DNA of 64,000 nt from Podarcis liolepis (taxonomy: Eukaryota), in assembly GCA_965112155.1 (NCBI GenBank), contig OZ218098.1. One strand, written 5' to 3'. Shown here one piece after another: positions 12,630 through 24,264 of the stretch. The notes under the pieces are model-generated. The model ran no database searches and had not been told where the DNA came from. It saw only the letters and a program-made list of their open reading frames with translations. The translations under genes and the position numbers were made by a program. Each line of letters begins with the position of its first letter. Position 1 is the stretch's first letter.

Positions 12630-12775
12630 CCATCTAGTTTATCCTCATAACAATGTGGTATATGCTAGTTTTGGCTAGCTCAGTCACCCAGAAACGTTCA
12701 TGGCTAAATGAAGATTTGAACCCAGGTCTTTCTGGTCCTAATCTGACACTTTAACTGCTACAGCACACTGGTTTT
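12630..12775 (-). mobile_element. MIR/CORE-SINE-like degenerate fragment
   Basis: TTTATCCTCATAACAA...GTCACCCAG...GATTTGAACCCAGGTCT...ACACTTTAAC resembles the MIR-type consensus in reverse. Confidence 0.5.
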
Positions 12776-13189
12776 CTTAATCTTAATATTCAGCCAGGTA
12801 TTACAGCATCACAGTGTGCTGCAAATCCAGGACCCTGCTGACAAGTGACACCTGATATCGATGCTTCCGTACATTTACAGTATCACATAGCCCAGGGGAA
12901 TGTTTCTCGAATGGCACTGTTTTCTTGATCTTCTGTCTGGTTACAAAGTGCTTTCACAACTACCCGGGAAACAAGCCAGACAGTGCAGCAACACGATGAT
13001 TGTGTCATGATCACCCTGGCAGGGGAGCTAACGCAGAGCCCAACACAATTCTCGTTCAGAAGGCATAGTTTATGCTTGCATTTTGATGAGAATCATTTTG
13101 GTGCCAGGTATTTCCATAGCACACTGTGACTTCTCTGCAAGGAAAGAGGATAAGCTGATGTGCATTCTGTTAAACTGGAGATTAATAGA

Positions 13190-13430
13190 CAGTGGTACCT
13201 TGGTTCTCAAATGTAATCCATTCTAGAAGTCCGTTCGACTTCCGAAATGTTTGAAAACCAAGGCCCAGCTTCCGATTGGCATAGGCACCCTGGAAACAAT
13301 AGCCGAAAGCTTCAGCGGGTGTTCAGGTTCCAAAAAACGTTCAAAAACCAGGACACTTACTTCTGGGTTTTCGGCATCCAGGAGCCAAAATGTTCAAGGA
13401 TCAAGACGTTCAAGAACCAAGGTTCCACTG
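13190..13430. mobile_element. Tigger-like MITE, family C
   Basis: CAGTGGTACCTTGGTTCTCAAA...TTCAAGAACCAAGGTTCCACTG-TA. Confidence 0.85.
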
Positions 13431-13454
13431 TATTAGCACCCTGATTCTCTAAGG

Positions 13455-14019
13455 TAGTGATTTTCAACCAGTGTGCCGTGGCACCCTGGGGTGCCTTGAA
13501 TGAGGGTCAGGGGTGTCGCGGGCAACACTGACCACTGTCCCTCTTTCCTTCCCTACCTCCTCTGATGCGCTCTCATGTCTCTGCCTCCCAAAGGCTTGAA
13601 TGACTGTTTGTTGCAGCAGTCCTGTCTAGAAGCTCCACAGGTGAATGGTGCCTCTGTGGCTGGCCAGGGGGTGCTGGTTGCTAGGAACTGAAGTGGCCTC
13701 AGAGTAAGCAAGCAAGTGGATGAGGGAGCCCAGGCGGCTAGTCCACCAGCCCTTGCTGTTGGGAATGGACACACCTCTCTTTGGGGTAGTGGTGGTGGGG
13801 GGAATGCAGCTCAGAGACCAGGGGCGGCAGCAGCAGCTTCCCAGAGGACTCCCAAGGAGAGGGGAGAGGAGAGGAGGCTGAGGGAACACTCCATAAGGGA
13901 GTGTGCTTGAAAAAGGGTGAGGCAAGTAGTGACATAATTGGGCTCCTGAGCCCCACAGGGGTGCCGCAGATAGAATGCAGCTGGTCAAGCTGTGGACTAC
14001 AGAAGGTTGAAAACCTCTG
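13455..14019. mobile_element. hAT (Charlie-like) non-autonomous element
   Basis: TIR TAGTGATTTTCAACC / GGTTGAAAACCTCTG; 8-bp TSD CTCTAAGG / TTCTAAGG. Confidence 0.85.
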
Positions 14020-14154
14020 TTCTAAGGGGTTCAGAAAATCATTTTAGCCTCACAACTGCCTTCCTGTTTAGATTAAATTGATAAGCAGAAATTGCACATG
14101 GCCGCACAATGAATGTCATTGTCAAGCAAGGATTTCAGCCTGTTTCCCACATCC

Positions 14155-14280
14155 ATCATCATCATCATCAACAACAACAACAACAATATCTGTATCCTGT
14201 CCATCTTACTGGTTTGCCCCAGTCACTCTGGGCAGCTTCTAACATAGATAAAACATAATAAAACATTAAACATTAAAAAG
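14155..14280 (-). mobile_element. L2-type LINE 3' end fragment
   Basis: CCATCTTACTGGTTTGCCCCAGTCACTCTGGGCAGCTTC is shared with copies at 35880, 49160 and 56470; simple-repeat tail. Confidence 0.6.
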
Positions 14281-15169
14281 CACACAGAGATGGCAGAGCT
14301 GTTGCCCTTCATCTCATCAGCCCCAGTCAACATGGCCAATGGTGAGGGAAGATGGGAGTTGTAGTCCTGCAGCCCTCCAGGCTGTTATCCCTGTTTTGGC
14401 CTCTCACCTGCATCAGAAGCAGTTTTAGAGTAGTATGACTGGAGTGGCTAAACTGAGTGCCATGCTGTTGGGGACACAGGCACAATGTTGTAGAATGGAG
14501 TGTGAGAAGCAAGGGAGTGCTGAATTTTAGTGCCACACAGGGCACCACTGAAATTTGAGAGCCCAAAGTCCACCCCTGACCACATTACCTTACTGTTTGT
14601 ATAGCAAATAGGCTGCAGAACAGGAGTGGTTCAACATTTTTTTTGGGGGGGGAACCCCCCAATGATCTGTCTGGATAGACTTGCCTGAACAAAATGTTTC
14701 TGCATGCATTGGAAGCAGAACAACAAAGTAGCCTGCCTAATATGAATATGAATAATATGTGTAAAAGAGTCAAACCCCATGTGGTACTATATTTCTGCAG
14801 CATATTTTTTTAATGTATTAATACATCATTATTTTTACAGTTATACACAAACTGGGAGTGCGTATGTGTATAATAGGCAAACAATAATGTGCATATTAAT
14901 GCATATAATATGTGGAATTGACAATATTTTTTAGCGGAACTGGCTAGAATATAATAATATCCTTGCCTCTGAGATCAAGGAGCGAGGTGGGAATTAGAAA
15001 AATAATAATCCATGCGGATTAGTTTGACGTGCAGAGTTTCAGAAAAATCCCATCCCTAGCATTGTGCCATTACTGCCGTGATTGCCCTGTTTTTACTACT
15101 ATTATTATCATATTATTTTATGTTGGAAACTTCTTTGGGACCACATGGGCGATCAATGGTTGGTAAATG

Positions 15170-16154
15170 TTTTTTTTTTTTTTTAATGCATTTTTATTGA
15201 AGTTATACACAAAAAACAGACATATAAGAAAATACAGAGAAAAAATTACAAAGAAAAAAAAAGAAAGAAAAAAGAAAAACCACACATCCGAAAAAAGAAA
15301 AACACACAATCTGAACTTCCCTCCATCCTTTTGATAAGTATCAAATATCTCCTTCCATTACGTATTTGATTTTCAATCTATAGTCTTAAATTCACTCGCT
15401 GGTCGTATTGTTCTAACCCCGTCAGTTCACTTTAAGCATTTATTCCAATATATTTCCAAAATTTACTCCAATTTTTCAGAAATTTCTGTTCATCCTGATC
15501 TCTTATTTTACCTGTTAGTTTATCAAGCTCAGCATAGTTTACCATTCTAATCTGCCAGTCCTTTATGTTGGGGATGGTTTCCACTTTCCAATATTGTGCC
15601 AACATAATTCTCGCTGCTGTGGTAGCGTAGAGGAATATCGTCCTATCTTCCTTTTTAATTTCTTTATCCATCATTCCCAACAGGAAGGCTTCAGGCCTCT
15701 TGGGAAAGGTATACTTAAATATTTTTTTAAGTTCATTATAAATTAATTCCCAAAAGCCTTTCACCTTTTTACATGTCCACCATAAATGATATAGGTCACC
15801 CTCCACCTCGCCACATTTCCAGCATCTCTTATCCTTTAATCTATACATTTTGGCCAATTTCACAGGGGTGTGGTACCATCTATATAGCATCTTCCAGATA
15901 TTTTCTCTCAGTGCCATACATGCTGTGAACTTTATGTTACAATTCCAAACCTCTATCCACCTTTCAAAATCAATATTATAACCAAAGTCAATTGCCCATT
16001 TAATCATTGCCTCCTTCACCTCCTCGTCTTTTGTGTACCACTCTAGTAATATATCATAAATTCTGGACAGGGTTTTATTTTTGCCTTCTATTACTTCTAT
16101 ATTAAATTTTGATTTTTTATCATCAAAACCCGCCTTCCTCTTATCCTCTTTTAA
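15170..16154 (-). mobile_element. 5'-truncated L1-clade LINE (ORF2 C-terminus, 3'UTR, polyA)
   Basis: Uninterrupted ORF 15432-16154 with the L1 cysteine-rich motif CWKC...HLWWTC. AATAAA at 15193-15198(-), A15 tail, and TSD CAATGGTTGGTAAATG at 15154-15169 and 16155-16170. Confidence 0.93.
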
Positions 16155-17688
16155 CAATGGTTGGTAAATGTTACAAATATAAATGATGTTACAAATAACG
16201 TCAGAAACACTGCAAGGGAGCATATGGGGTGTTAGGGTAGGGGTAGTTCCTCTCGTGAGGGACACATCACGTTATTTCTGGGATAGTGCACATTGTGCAT
16301 TCATCTCTCACCTATGGCTTCTAGAAGCTGTCAGCAGGCAAGAGAGGCCCCCACCCTGGGAATGGCTTCGAACGTTCCGGTGAGTTCCGGCTGAAAAAAA
16401 GAAGAAGAAGCCCTGACGAAAACTGGCATTTTGTTGAGTACAATCTATCAGCCCCCAGGATACATCAGGTATGGGAACTGTGTAGTTTATCTTTGCAGGC
16501 TTTTAACGTATGTCACAGGATGCTGTAGGACAAAAAGCCATGAACATGAATGGGGCGTGACACCAAAGAGAAAAGTGGATTAACAGAAGACTGACTATGG
16601 AGAAGGCAGGCTGGGAATTTCAAAGTGTGATTTCTGGCCCTGCAGCTTACCAAACATCTGCATGTTCAGAATTTGATATTCAGCTGGATTTTTAACCTTT
16701 TTGGAGGCTTAGAGCCTCCTATCGCTGGCCCCATATTATCATGGGTTCATCAAGGGCTGTCCTTGTTCCCCAAGGGAAATATCCATATTAGACCATTCCC
16801 AGTCCCACTTGAACTGGGCTAAATGTAGAGCATGGGATACACACTGAGAACAAACAACAGCCTAATTCTCTTTCTTTCCTTCTGACCTCAAATGCAACTT
16901 CCCTCAGGGAAGCTGAGAAATAAGACAATGAGGAAACAAGAACGGGACTACTGTGCCATTAAATTATTAAATTCCTCCTTGTCTGAACTTTCCTCTTACG
17001 CTTATATGCTGCAGGCAGTAAAAGCTGTGAAAACGAGGCAGCTAAAAAGGAGTGTAAAAGCAGCTTTTTGTTGAAAGGGAGTCGGATGGGCAAGATGAGG
17101 AAATTTCCCATGAAGCAGACTGGACTGTCCTGGAACAGGGACCTAGGTGGATTGCTCCTAGAGAGGAAGAAGATTGCCTATTGCAGGAGATGAACCCATG
17201 GAGGAATGTGACACGCAGAAGCAGTGGCGGTGGCTTGCCACCACAACCGTGGGTGCCCAAGGCCACACACACCATGGGAGTGTACACGGCGAGGTCAGCA
17301 TGCCCAATGCCACACACTTCCGACATCCACGTGCAAGTGACGTCAGCACGCCCCGCACACACTGCCAAGCATGCTGATGTCAGATGTGTGTAGCACCAGG
17401 TTTGGGCTGGGTGTGAAGGGGGTCTGGGTAGAGGGGGGACAGAATGTCTTCCAAGAGGAAAAGCCTGATTTAGAAACAGGCTTGTGTGTTTAAAAAGCGT
17501 GCTAATTATGTGCCAAGAGAATCTAAAGATGAAGACTGTTTTACGAGTAGTAACAATGGAACTGGATTCCTCATCCATAGTGTGAGCCCAGCTTTCCAAC
17601 TAGAGATGGACAAATGTGTCAAAATGCAATTTTGACTAATGGGCACATTATTGTTAACATTTTTCCATAGTATAGTGCATTTCATGTT

Positions 17689-17693
<5 letters not shown>

Positions 17694-17727
<34 letters not shown>
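17694..17727. repeat. (CA)n microsatellite
   Basis: Direct reading. Confidence 0.95.
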
Positions 17728-17729
<2 letters not shown>

Positions 17730-18691
17730 GCAAGCTTTACTCTAGCACATGCATTGGTTAGAGAATTGCATTGGAAAATTCAGAGAAGTGTGAATATCAA
17801 AGGATGGTTGTGCTTTCATTTACTTACTGGTTCAAGAAGTGCAAATTAGGTAGTCTCTCATTAAAATGCAAACAAAACTGATTTCCTTCTCCATTTCCAG
17901 CACCAGTAACATGTGTACAACACCTCCCCATGAGATTATTTGATTTTCCTTTCCTTTTCTTTGAAATTTTGGTTGCAGGTTTTAGTCAGATTGGCTAAAG
18001 AGTATTTAATCCTCTGATATGGCCAGGTTACAACCCTAGGGTTCCACCTCAAAAGTTTAACAAGTTGTTTGTTTTTTAGTGCCTTCTATCTGCCTGCTGC
18101 ACTGTGAGTAAAGATTTCGCAGGGCCAGTTCTAATAATAAATTGCATACTGATCATTTTTTTCTACCAGAGCAGGGGCACATTCATGTTATATCTGATTG
18201 GCTTTCGTTCAAGATTTTCCAAGTTGCAGAAGGCAGAGAAGAAAAACACAGCAGCAAGCTTGTATGGCATGTTTATAATCAGTGCCTAAAACAAATCAGC
18301 CTCCCGGAGGCACCAAGAAAATATTTACTGATTACAGCACTCTCAACACCAAGGTTTTCTTTACATGACTATTCTGGAGGACATTCATCCTGAGAGCTTC
18401 CTGTTTTCATCCTCTGTGTGATGAACAGTTGCCAACACCAAACGATGCTCAGAGTCATGAATGAACTCCTCTCCTAATCAAAACATTTGAAGGAAAGGGT
18501 TTTTCCCCCCCCTCATGTGTCTTTCTCTTTGCTTTTGATTTGTTGCTTTACTGCAACAAGATAAGGGTACTGTATAGCACTGGGATCCACATATTGATAG
18601 GTCTCTTTCACCAGTGTTTATGGACATAGAAATTATCTCAGATTTAGGAATTTAGAAAGTTGCCTTATGTGAGTCAAATCATTGGTCCATC

Positions 18692-19063
18692 TAAAGGTAA
18701 AGGCAAAGTTAAGTCCAGTCAAAGGTTACTATGGGGTTGCAGCGCTCATCTCGCTTTCAGGCTGAGGGAGCCAGTGTTTGTCCACAGACAACTTTCTGGG
18801 TCATGTGGCCAGCATGACTAAACTGCCTCTGGGGCAATGGGACACAATGATTGAAACCAGAGCGCACAGAAACGCTGTTTATCTTCCCACCACAGCAGTA
18901 CCTATTTATCTACTTGCACTGGGGTGCTTTTGAATTGCTAGGTTGGCAGGAGCTGGGACTGAGCAATGGGAGCTCACTCCGTTGCAGGGATTCGAACCGC
19001 TGACCTTCCGATCGACAAGCCCAAGAGGCTCAGTGGTTTAGACCACAGCGCCACCCGCATCCC
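18692..19063 (-). mobile_element. Sauria SINE (Squam1), inserted into a Squam3-like SINE
   Basis: 5' GGGATGCGGGTGGCGCTGTGGTCTAAACCACTGAGCCTCTTGGGCTT on the minus strand, B-box GGTTCGAATCC and ACCTTT tail. Flanks 18645-18691 and 19064-19165 resemble Squam3. Confidence 0.92.
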
Positions 19064-19395
19064 TTTGTGCTCACCGGCAGCTGCTATCTAAGATCTCAGA
19101 CAGTGGCCTTTTTTCCAGCTGTGCCAGGAGATACCAGGGGTTGAACATGATACTTTCAGCATGGCCCTACCAAAGTTTCGTGGCTAGTCGGGAGAGTGGG
19201 GCTATTTCAATGTGTGGAGTGAGATTCTCAGTAAGTTTCAAGACCCATACCCTCCATATGTTGTTGGACTACAACTCCCATCATCCCTGACTGTAGGCCA
19301 TGCTGTCTGTGTATGACAGGAGTCCAACAACATCTGGAAGGCCACACCCCTCCCTTGTAATAATTACAGCAATAGATAGTATCAACACCAGTCAC

Positions 19396-19632
19396 AAGTG
19401 GCGGAGCTTCATGCTCTGGCACCAGGGGATGGAGAGCAGGTGGGGGTGTGGCTGGTGCACCTCCCGGGGCGTGGCGTGCATCCTGGGGGGCGTGACACAC
19501 TGCCCAGAGGGATATGGCATGCATCCAGGGGGCATGATACGCTGCCTGCACCCCACCGTTACGATGGCACCCCACCGGGATCGCGCTGTCAGGGGTGATG
19601 CATTTTCCCCACCCCCTCTTCCTTTGCCAGTG
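19396..19632. mobile_element. hAT-type MITE
   Basis: AAGTGGCGG...TTTGCCAGTG ends; perfect 8-bp TSD CCAGTCAC at 19388-19395 and 19633-19640. Confidence 0.85.
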
Positions 19633-19931
19633 CCAGTCACCACCACCCATCCTTCCTTTTTAAAAAAATGTAAATTAAACTATATTTACTCTGTGTCCTG
19701 TGAGACCTGCTTCCTGCTCTGTAGGCCTATATTAAACTGGTCTGGGAGGATATGGCTCTGACTGACTCCAGCTACAAAAGCTGCTGCTGCTCATGGGGCC
19801 AGAGACAACCTTACATGGGAGTTTTGCAAGACCCGCTGATTAGAATGCCTACAGTCTCTAAGGATGAGGAAATTGTTTACGAGGTTTTGTGGAGGTCAAG
19901 ATTTAATTTTGGAGATGCTTAATTTTTGTTG

Positions 19932-20036
19932 AAATAAAAAAAAATTAAAAATTGTTCAGTAACACCTTAGAGACCAACTAAGTTTCTTCCGGGTATAAGC
20001 TTTCGTGTGCATGCACACTTCTTCAGATACTTCAGA
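19932..20036 (-). mobile_element. Penelope-like element terminal (pseudo-LTR) fragment
   Basis: CACCTTAGAGACCAACTAAGTTT...AAGCTTTCGTGTGCATGCACACTTCTTCAGATAC matches what I recognise as the squamate Penelope terminal repeat; 12-bp direct repeat TAATTTTTGTTG on both sides. Confidence 0.75.
19993..20030 (-). ncRNA. Minimal type I hammerhead ribozyme motif (Penelope-associated)
   Basis: Minus strand reads GUAU-CUGAAGA-A-GUGUGC AU GCACAC-GAAA-GC-UU-AUAC: stem I GUAU/AUAC, both catalytic boxes, palindromic stem II and palindromic minimal stem III. Confidence 0.65.
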
Positions 20037-21693
20037 TAATTTTTGTTGTTATTGGTATTATGTTTTTGTACAGTGATTGTTGACCTTATGAATTCTATAG
20101 GGATTGTTTGACCTCATTGCATACTTAGTGAGACGTTTTCGTGTATTCTTTTTAACTACTTATATTTCATTATACATTTGGAAACAAGTAAATTTTTGAT
20201 GTTTTAAGCTGTCTTGAGCATGTCTTAACTATAGAAAGACAGTGTACAGATAAGTTATGGTGAGGCATTCAGAGCTAGGCCTAGGCATTCAGAGCTAGGC
20301 CTTAGATCCTCTTAACTGTTAAGAGCTATAGTCATTCAGTGTGCAGAACAGGGGTGTGCAATGCATACTGTCCAACTCCCGAATGAGTCACATGACCTGC
20401 ACCTCGCTCTCATCCCCCCAAAAGCATTTTTTTTTGGGGGGGGGGAGTTCTCATGCAGGACCCAAAATGACCACCGTGGTCTTGCACAAAATAAACCTGG
20501 GATGCCCCTTTTTTCTGGGGCACTTGGCAGGTATTGCAATGCATTATCAGATGGTGTTGTGGGGCAGAACTATGAAAAGATCCTTTCAGACACTGGCATT
20601 CCTACAACTTATTTTGATGGGTTTGGGGTAGGGTAGGGGCAAGGATGGGGCTGTATGGATGCACTGGTAGAAGCACCAGATTGGTTTTGCCAGTGTAGCC
20701 GTGTAGCTGTGACTTCACTGCTCCACGTAAACAGTAGTGATGCTAGTGTCAAAAAGATGGCTTCACAGCCACCTGAGTCAGGAGATTGTTCTAAGGATGG
20801 GTGATATATGAACAATTCATTTTTGTTCAGTGGAAGTACTAATTAAATGCATATTTCATCATACTTGGATTAGGCTCCTGTGTTTGCTCTTTCTAAACAG
20901 TAGGTTTTTCTGCTTATACGGCTTTCAGTGTTTAGAGGGGGGGAATTAGTCTCTTGCTTTCAACAGATCTGTCATTTCTACACATTGTCAAGATTGAAGT
21001 GATGATGTTGACTGTTTTTCTCCAAGTTACATTCTTTAGCACGATTTTGAAACAAGAGGTTGACTCCTCCAGGGGAACAGAGAGAAGATCTTTCTCTTGG
21101 CCCTCCTGAAACTTCCCTGGAAACCATGACACACTGATCCTGTAATGCAATCTTTTCTTTGGCATTGTTCGGAAAAGAACCTCCCCATCCTTCCTTCCCC
21201 CACACCCAGCATGACTTAAATGGAAAAAATAATCTGCAAACAAGGGAAAACTTGGATCATGCATTCCTATTCACCTTTGCACAGAGAAAGGAGGAAAAAT
21301 ACAGGCATGAAGAAGTAAACAAGCACCAGACATCATCATCATTTTGCACCCCAAAAACTGAATAAAAACAATTAAACCCAAAACACACAAAAATCTGATT
21401 ATTATTTTTTAAAAGCAATACCCAAGGCAGAGACCTATTTATCCAGCTGGGAAAGCTTATTGGGGCAGAAATGTCAGTTGTTTCTGGAAAGTGCAGATAG
21501 TGGACGCCTGTTGCTTCTCTGCAGAAATGCTGCCAGGTTAGCCATAGAACCAGGAGTCCTGTAGGGGTCTTGTAGTCCAGCCTCTCTTGTCCAACCATTG
21601 CATGAGGGCCTCCAGAGAGGATCAGACCACTGCCCCTCAATGTAGTTTCCACAGCTATATTGCTCTTACCATCAAGACTCCCCCCCCCCATTA

Positions 21694-21883
21694 CAGTCGT
21701 ACCTTGGATCCTGAACGCCTTGGTACTCGGACGTTTTGGCTCCCAAATGCCACAAACCTGGAAGTGATTGTTCCAATTTGCAAACGTTCTTTGGAAGCTA
21801 AATGTCCAACTAAGCTTCCTCAGCTTCTGATTGGCTGCAGGAGCTTCTGGAACAGATTCCGTTCGACTTCCAAGGTACGAATG
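21694..21883. mobile_element. Tigger-like MITE related to family C
   Basis: TA-CAGTCGTACCTTGGA...TCCAAGGTACGAATG-TA. Confidence 0.85.
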
Positions 21884-21885
21884 TA

Positions 21886-22320
21886 TTATTACTACTACTA
21901 TTACTAATTTATTTATACCCCACTTTTTTCCCTGCTGGGTTCAAAGCTAAAAACAAGAACCACTAAAAAATAAATCATTATAATACAATTAAATGCAGAT
22001 AGAATTTTAAAAAACACACATGTTTAAAATATAACAATAATTACAATAAAAACACCACTGCACCAGCCCTTTAATTAAAAGCAGCCAATTCCCAAAAGCC
22101 TGTTGGAACATGAAAGTCTTCATCTGCCAGCAGAAGGACAACATGGTCTAGGCTCTCTAGGGAGGGAGTTTGAAAGTCTGGGAGCAGCCACCAAGAAGGC
22201 CCTCTCCCGCATCCTCACCAAGTGTGTCTGTGAGGGTGGCAGGACTCAGAGACGATCCTCCCCTGAAGATCTCGAAACCTGGTCGGGTTCATATGAGAGA
22301 ATATGGTTTCTCAGATAGCT
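21886..22320 (-). mobile_element. L2-clade LINE 3' fragment
   Basis: TTTATTTATACCCCAC tail and GGGAGGGAGTTTGAAAGTCTGGGAGCAGCCACCAAGAAGGCCCTCTC (antisense of the L2 ORF2 end, RAFxVAAPxLWNSLP-like). Confidence 0.7.
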
Positions 22321-23234
22321 GTGTTCATCCAAAATCTATTCTCCTGTAACTTCAGCCTGTTAGATCTAGTCCTGCCTCGACGGACAACAGAGGAACCTCT
22401 TCTTTCCTTCATCTATGTTGCACCCCATCAGATATTTGAAGAGTGCTGTCATGTCCCCCATTTCCTAAGTCTTCTTAGTTCCTTCAGATACAGTTCCTTC
22501 AACTTTCTCATATCTCTTGCTTTCTGTACTGTTGATACATCTTCATGGTTTCAAGTGGGAGGGACTTAATTCCAAGTAAGTGCATCACAATGCCAGTTCC
22601 CATCTAATCTTTTAGAACACAGTCCATTGGATTATAAAAGTAACAGCAACATGAACAAAACTCCTGTTAGTGGTCCTGGTCCTCCTTGGCTTAGATCCAC
22701 CAGAAGCCATGCATTCAGCATTGTGGGTCTGATCCTGCGGACCCCACTTCCTGTTGAACTTCATGCACTTGCCAAAGTCCCTCCTATATCAGCAGGCTGG
22801 AGATTTTCTGTTTTTATTATTTATTTTTGACTGATTTTTACCTCCTGTATGTGTTTTGTAAACTGCATGCACACCAGTTAGAAACTTCATTGATTAAGTG
22901 GCAAGTAAATAGCTGAAATAAAATAAATGAATAAACAAACTCTGAATAAACAAATAAAATGAATGAATAAACAAACTCTTGCTCTGTCTCTGTCTCCTCA
23001 CACTCTCTCTATATGGGGCAGGATTCAACTAATGAGCCGCACCAGCAGAAGCCTGCACAAAGACTTCCATTCACACAATGGGATCTTTCTCTTGTGCACC
23101 CTTGTGCACCCAAAATTTGCTTATGAGTGTCAGGAGAGCTCACAGAACAATGCACAGGGGGAGCAGAGGGGGATCATTCCATGTGACAAGCTGAAATGTC
23201 TACATTGACTGGAAGATGTGGGGGACATTCATAG

Positions 23235-23316
23235 TCCTCTCCAGAGAACCTAGGGATTGCACCTGGGACCTTCTGCCTGCAAAGTAGATGGTCCACTTCT
23301 GAGGTATGGCCCTCCC
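23235..23316 (-). mobile_element. Squam3-like tRNA SINE head
   Basis: GGGATTGCACCTGGGACCTTCTGCCTGCAAAGTAGATGGTCCACTTCTGAGGTATGGCCCTCCC is the reverse complement of a tRNA-like head. Confidence 0.65.
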
Positions 23317-24075
23317 AAAGAAGGAGAAGAAACATTGGATGATGCTTTCATGCCCTGCTTTTAGGCACATTGGAAATATCTGTCTAATAGCTATTAGAGC
23401 GAGGGTGTTTGGGTAAATGGTTTCTCATGTGATCCACTAGGGCTCTCCTTATGTCATCATGTTCTATCAATTTACATTCCAGATGAGTTGTGCCCCCATG
23501 TAATTTCTGGTGCCTCAGAGAAAAGGGGGAAATGCTTCATAAGTTCAACAGCTCCATCTTAAAATTAATGAGATTCCTTGCTCCTACAATTTCACGTGTA
23601 TTATTCTTTTCTTTATAGCTTTGTTGCTTTTGCAAAGTGACTGGCCTGTGTTAAAAATCTTAATTTTCACATTCTCCAGTCCATGCATGCAGAAGTGTGT
23701 ATCTCATTAACAGGGCTGGACAAGCACAGCAATTAAATTAAATTACCATAATAGCTTAGATATTAGTGACAACGAGGTGAAATTATAGTACTAAGAATGA
23801 CTTCTCCCTGGGCTGCTTTGTTGCACTCATTGGAGGGGAAAAAAATATGTTAAATTCCAGTATTGCTTCCTGTAGTATCTGCTTTTGCTGACAATACCTG
23901 TGGTGGATTAATTGCCATGCCCTTTTTATGTCTAGCTCTTGCATTATATATAATAATAAATTCAAATTGTTGGAAAGTGCTTAGGCCACAGCTGGCAATT
24001 CACCTCTGTTGATGGTACCTGTTCCTCATACCTCAGCGAAGCAATGAGGAAACCCTACTTGACATTGGCCAATGA

Positions 24076-24264
24076 CAATGGGCAGATCCACACCATAGTC
24101 TTGAAACACATCCAACACACATTTAATTTTCCCCAGAGAATTGTGGGAAGAGTTGTTTGCTGAAGCTGCTGTGAATTGTAGCTCTGTGAGGGGAACCTAT
24201 AGTTCCCAGGATTATTTGGGAACAAGTTGTGTGTTTTAAATATATGGTGTGATTCTGCCCATTG
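24076..24264. mobile_element. MITE with GGGCAG TIRs (PIF/Harbinger-like)
   Basis: Inverted ends CAATGGGCAGATCCACACCATA / TATGGTGTGATTCTGCCCATTG and internal palindromic symmetry. Confidence 0.7.

Noticed and set aside
16155-16265. N-terminal part of the 277-aa ORF as part of the L1 protein
   Set aside because: It lies outside the TSD, so it is flanking DNA that happens to be in frame.
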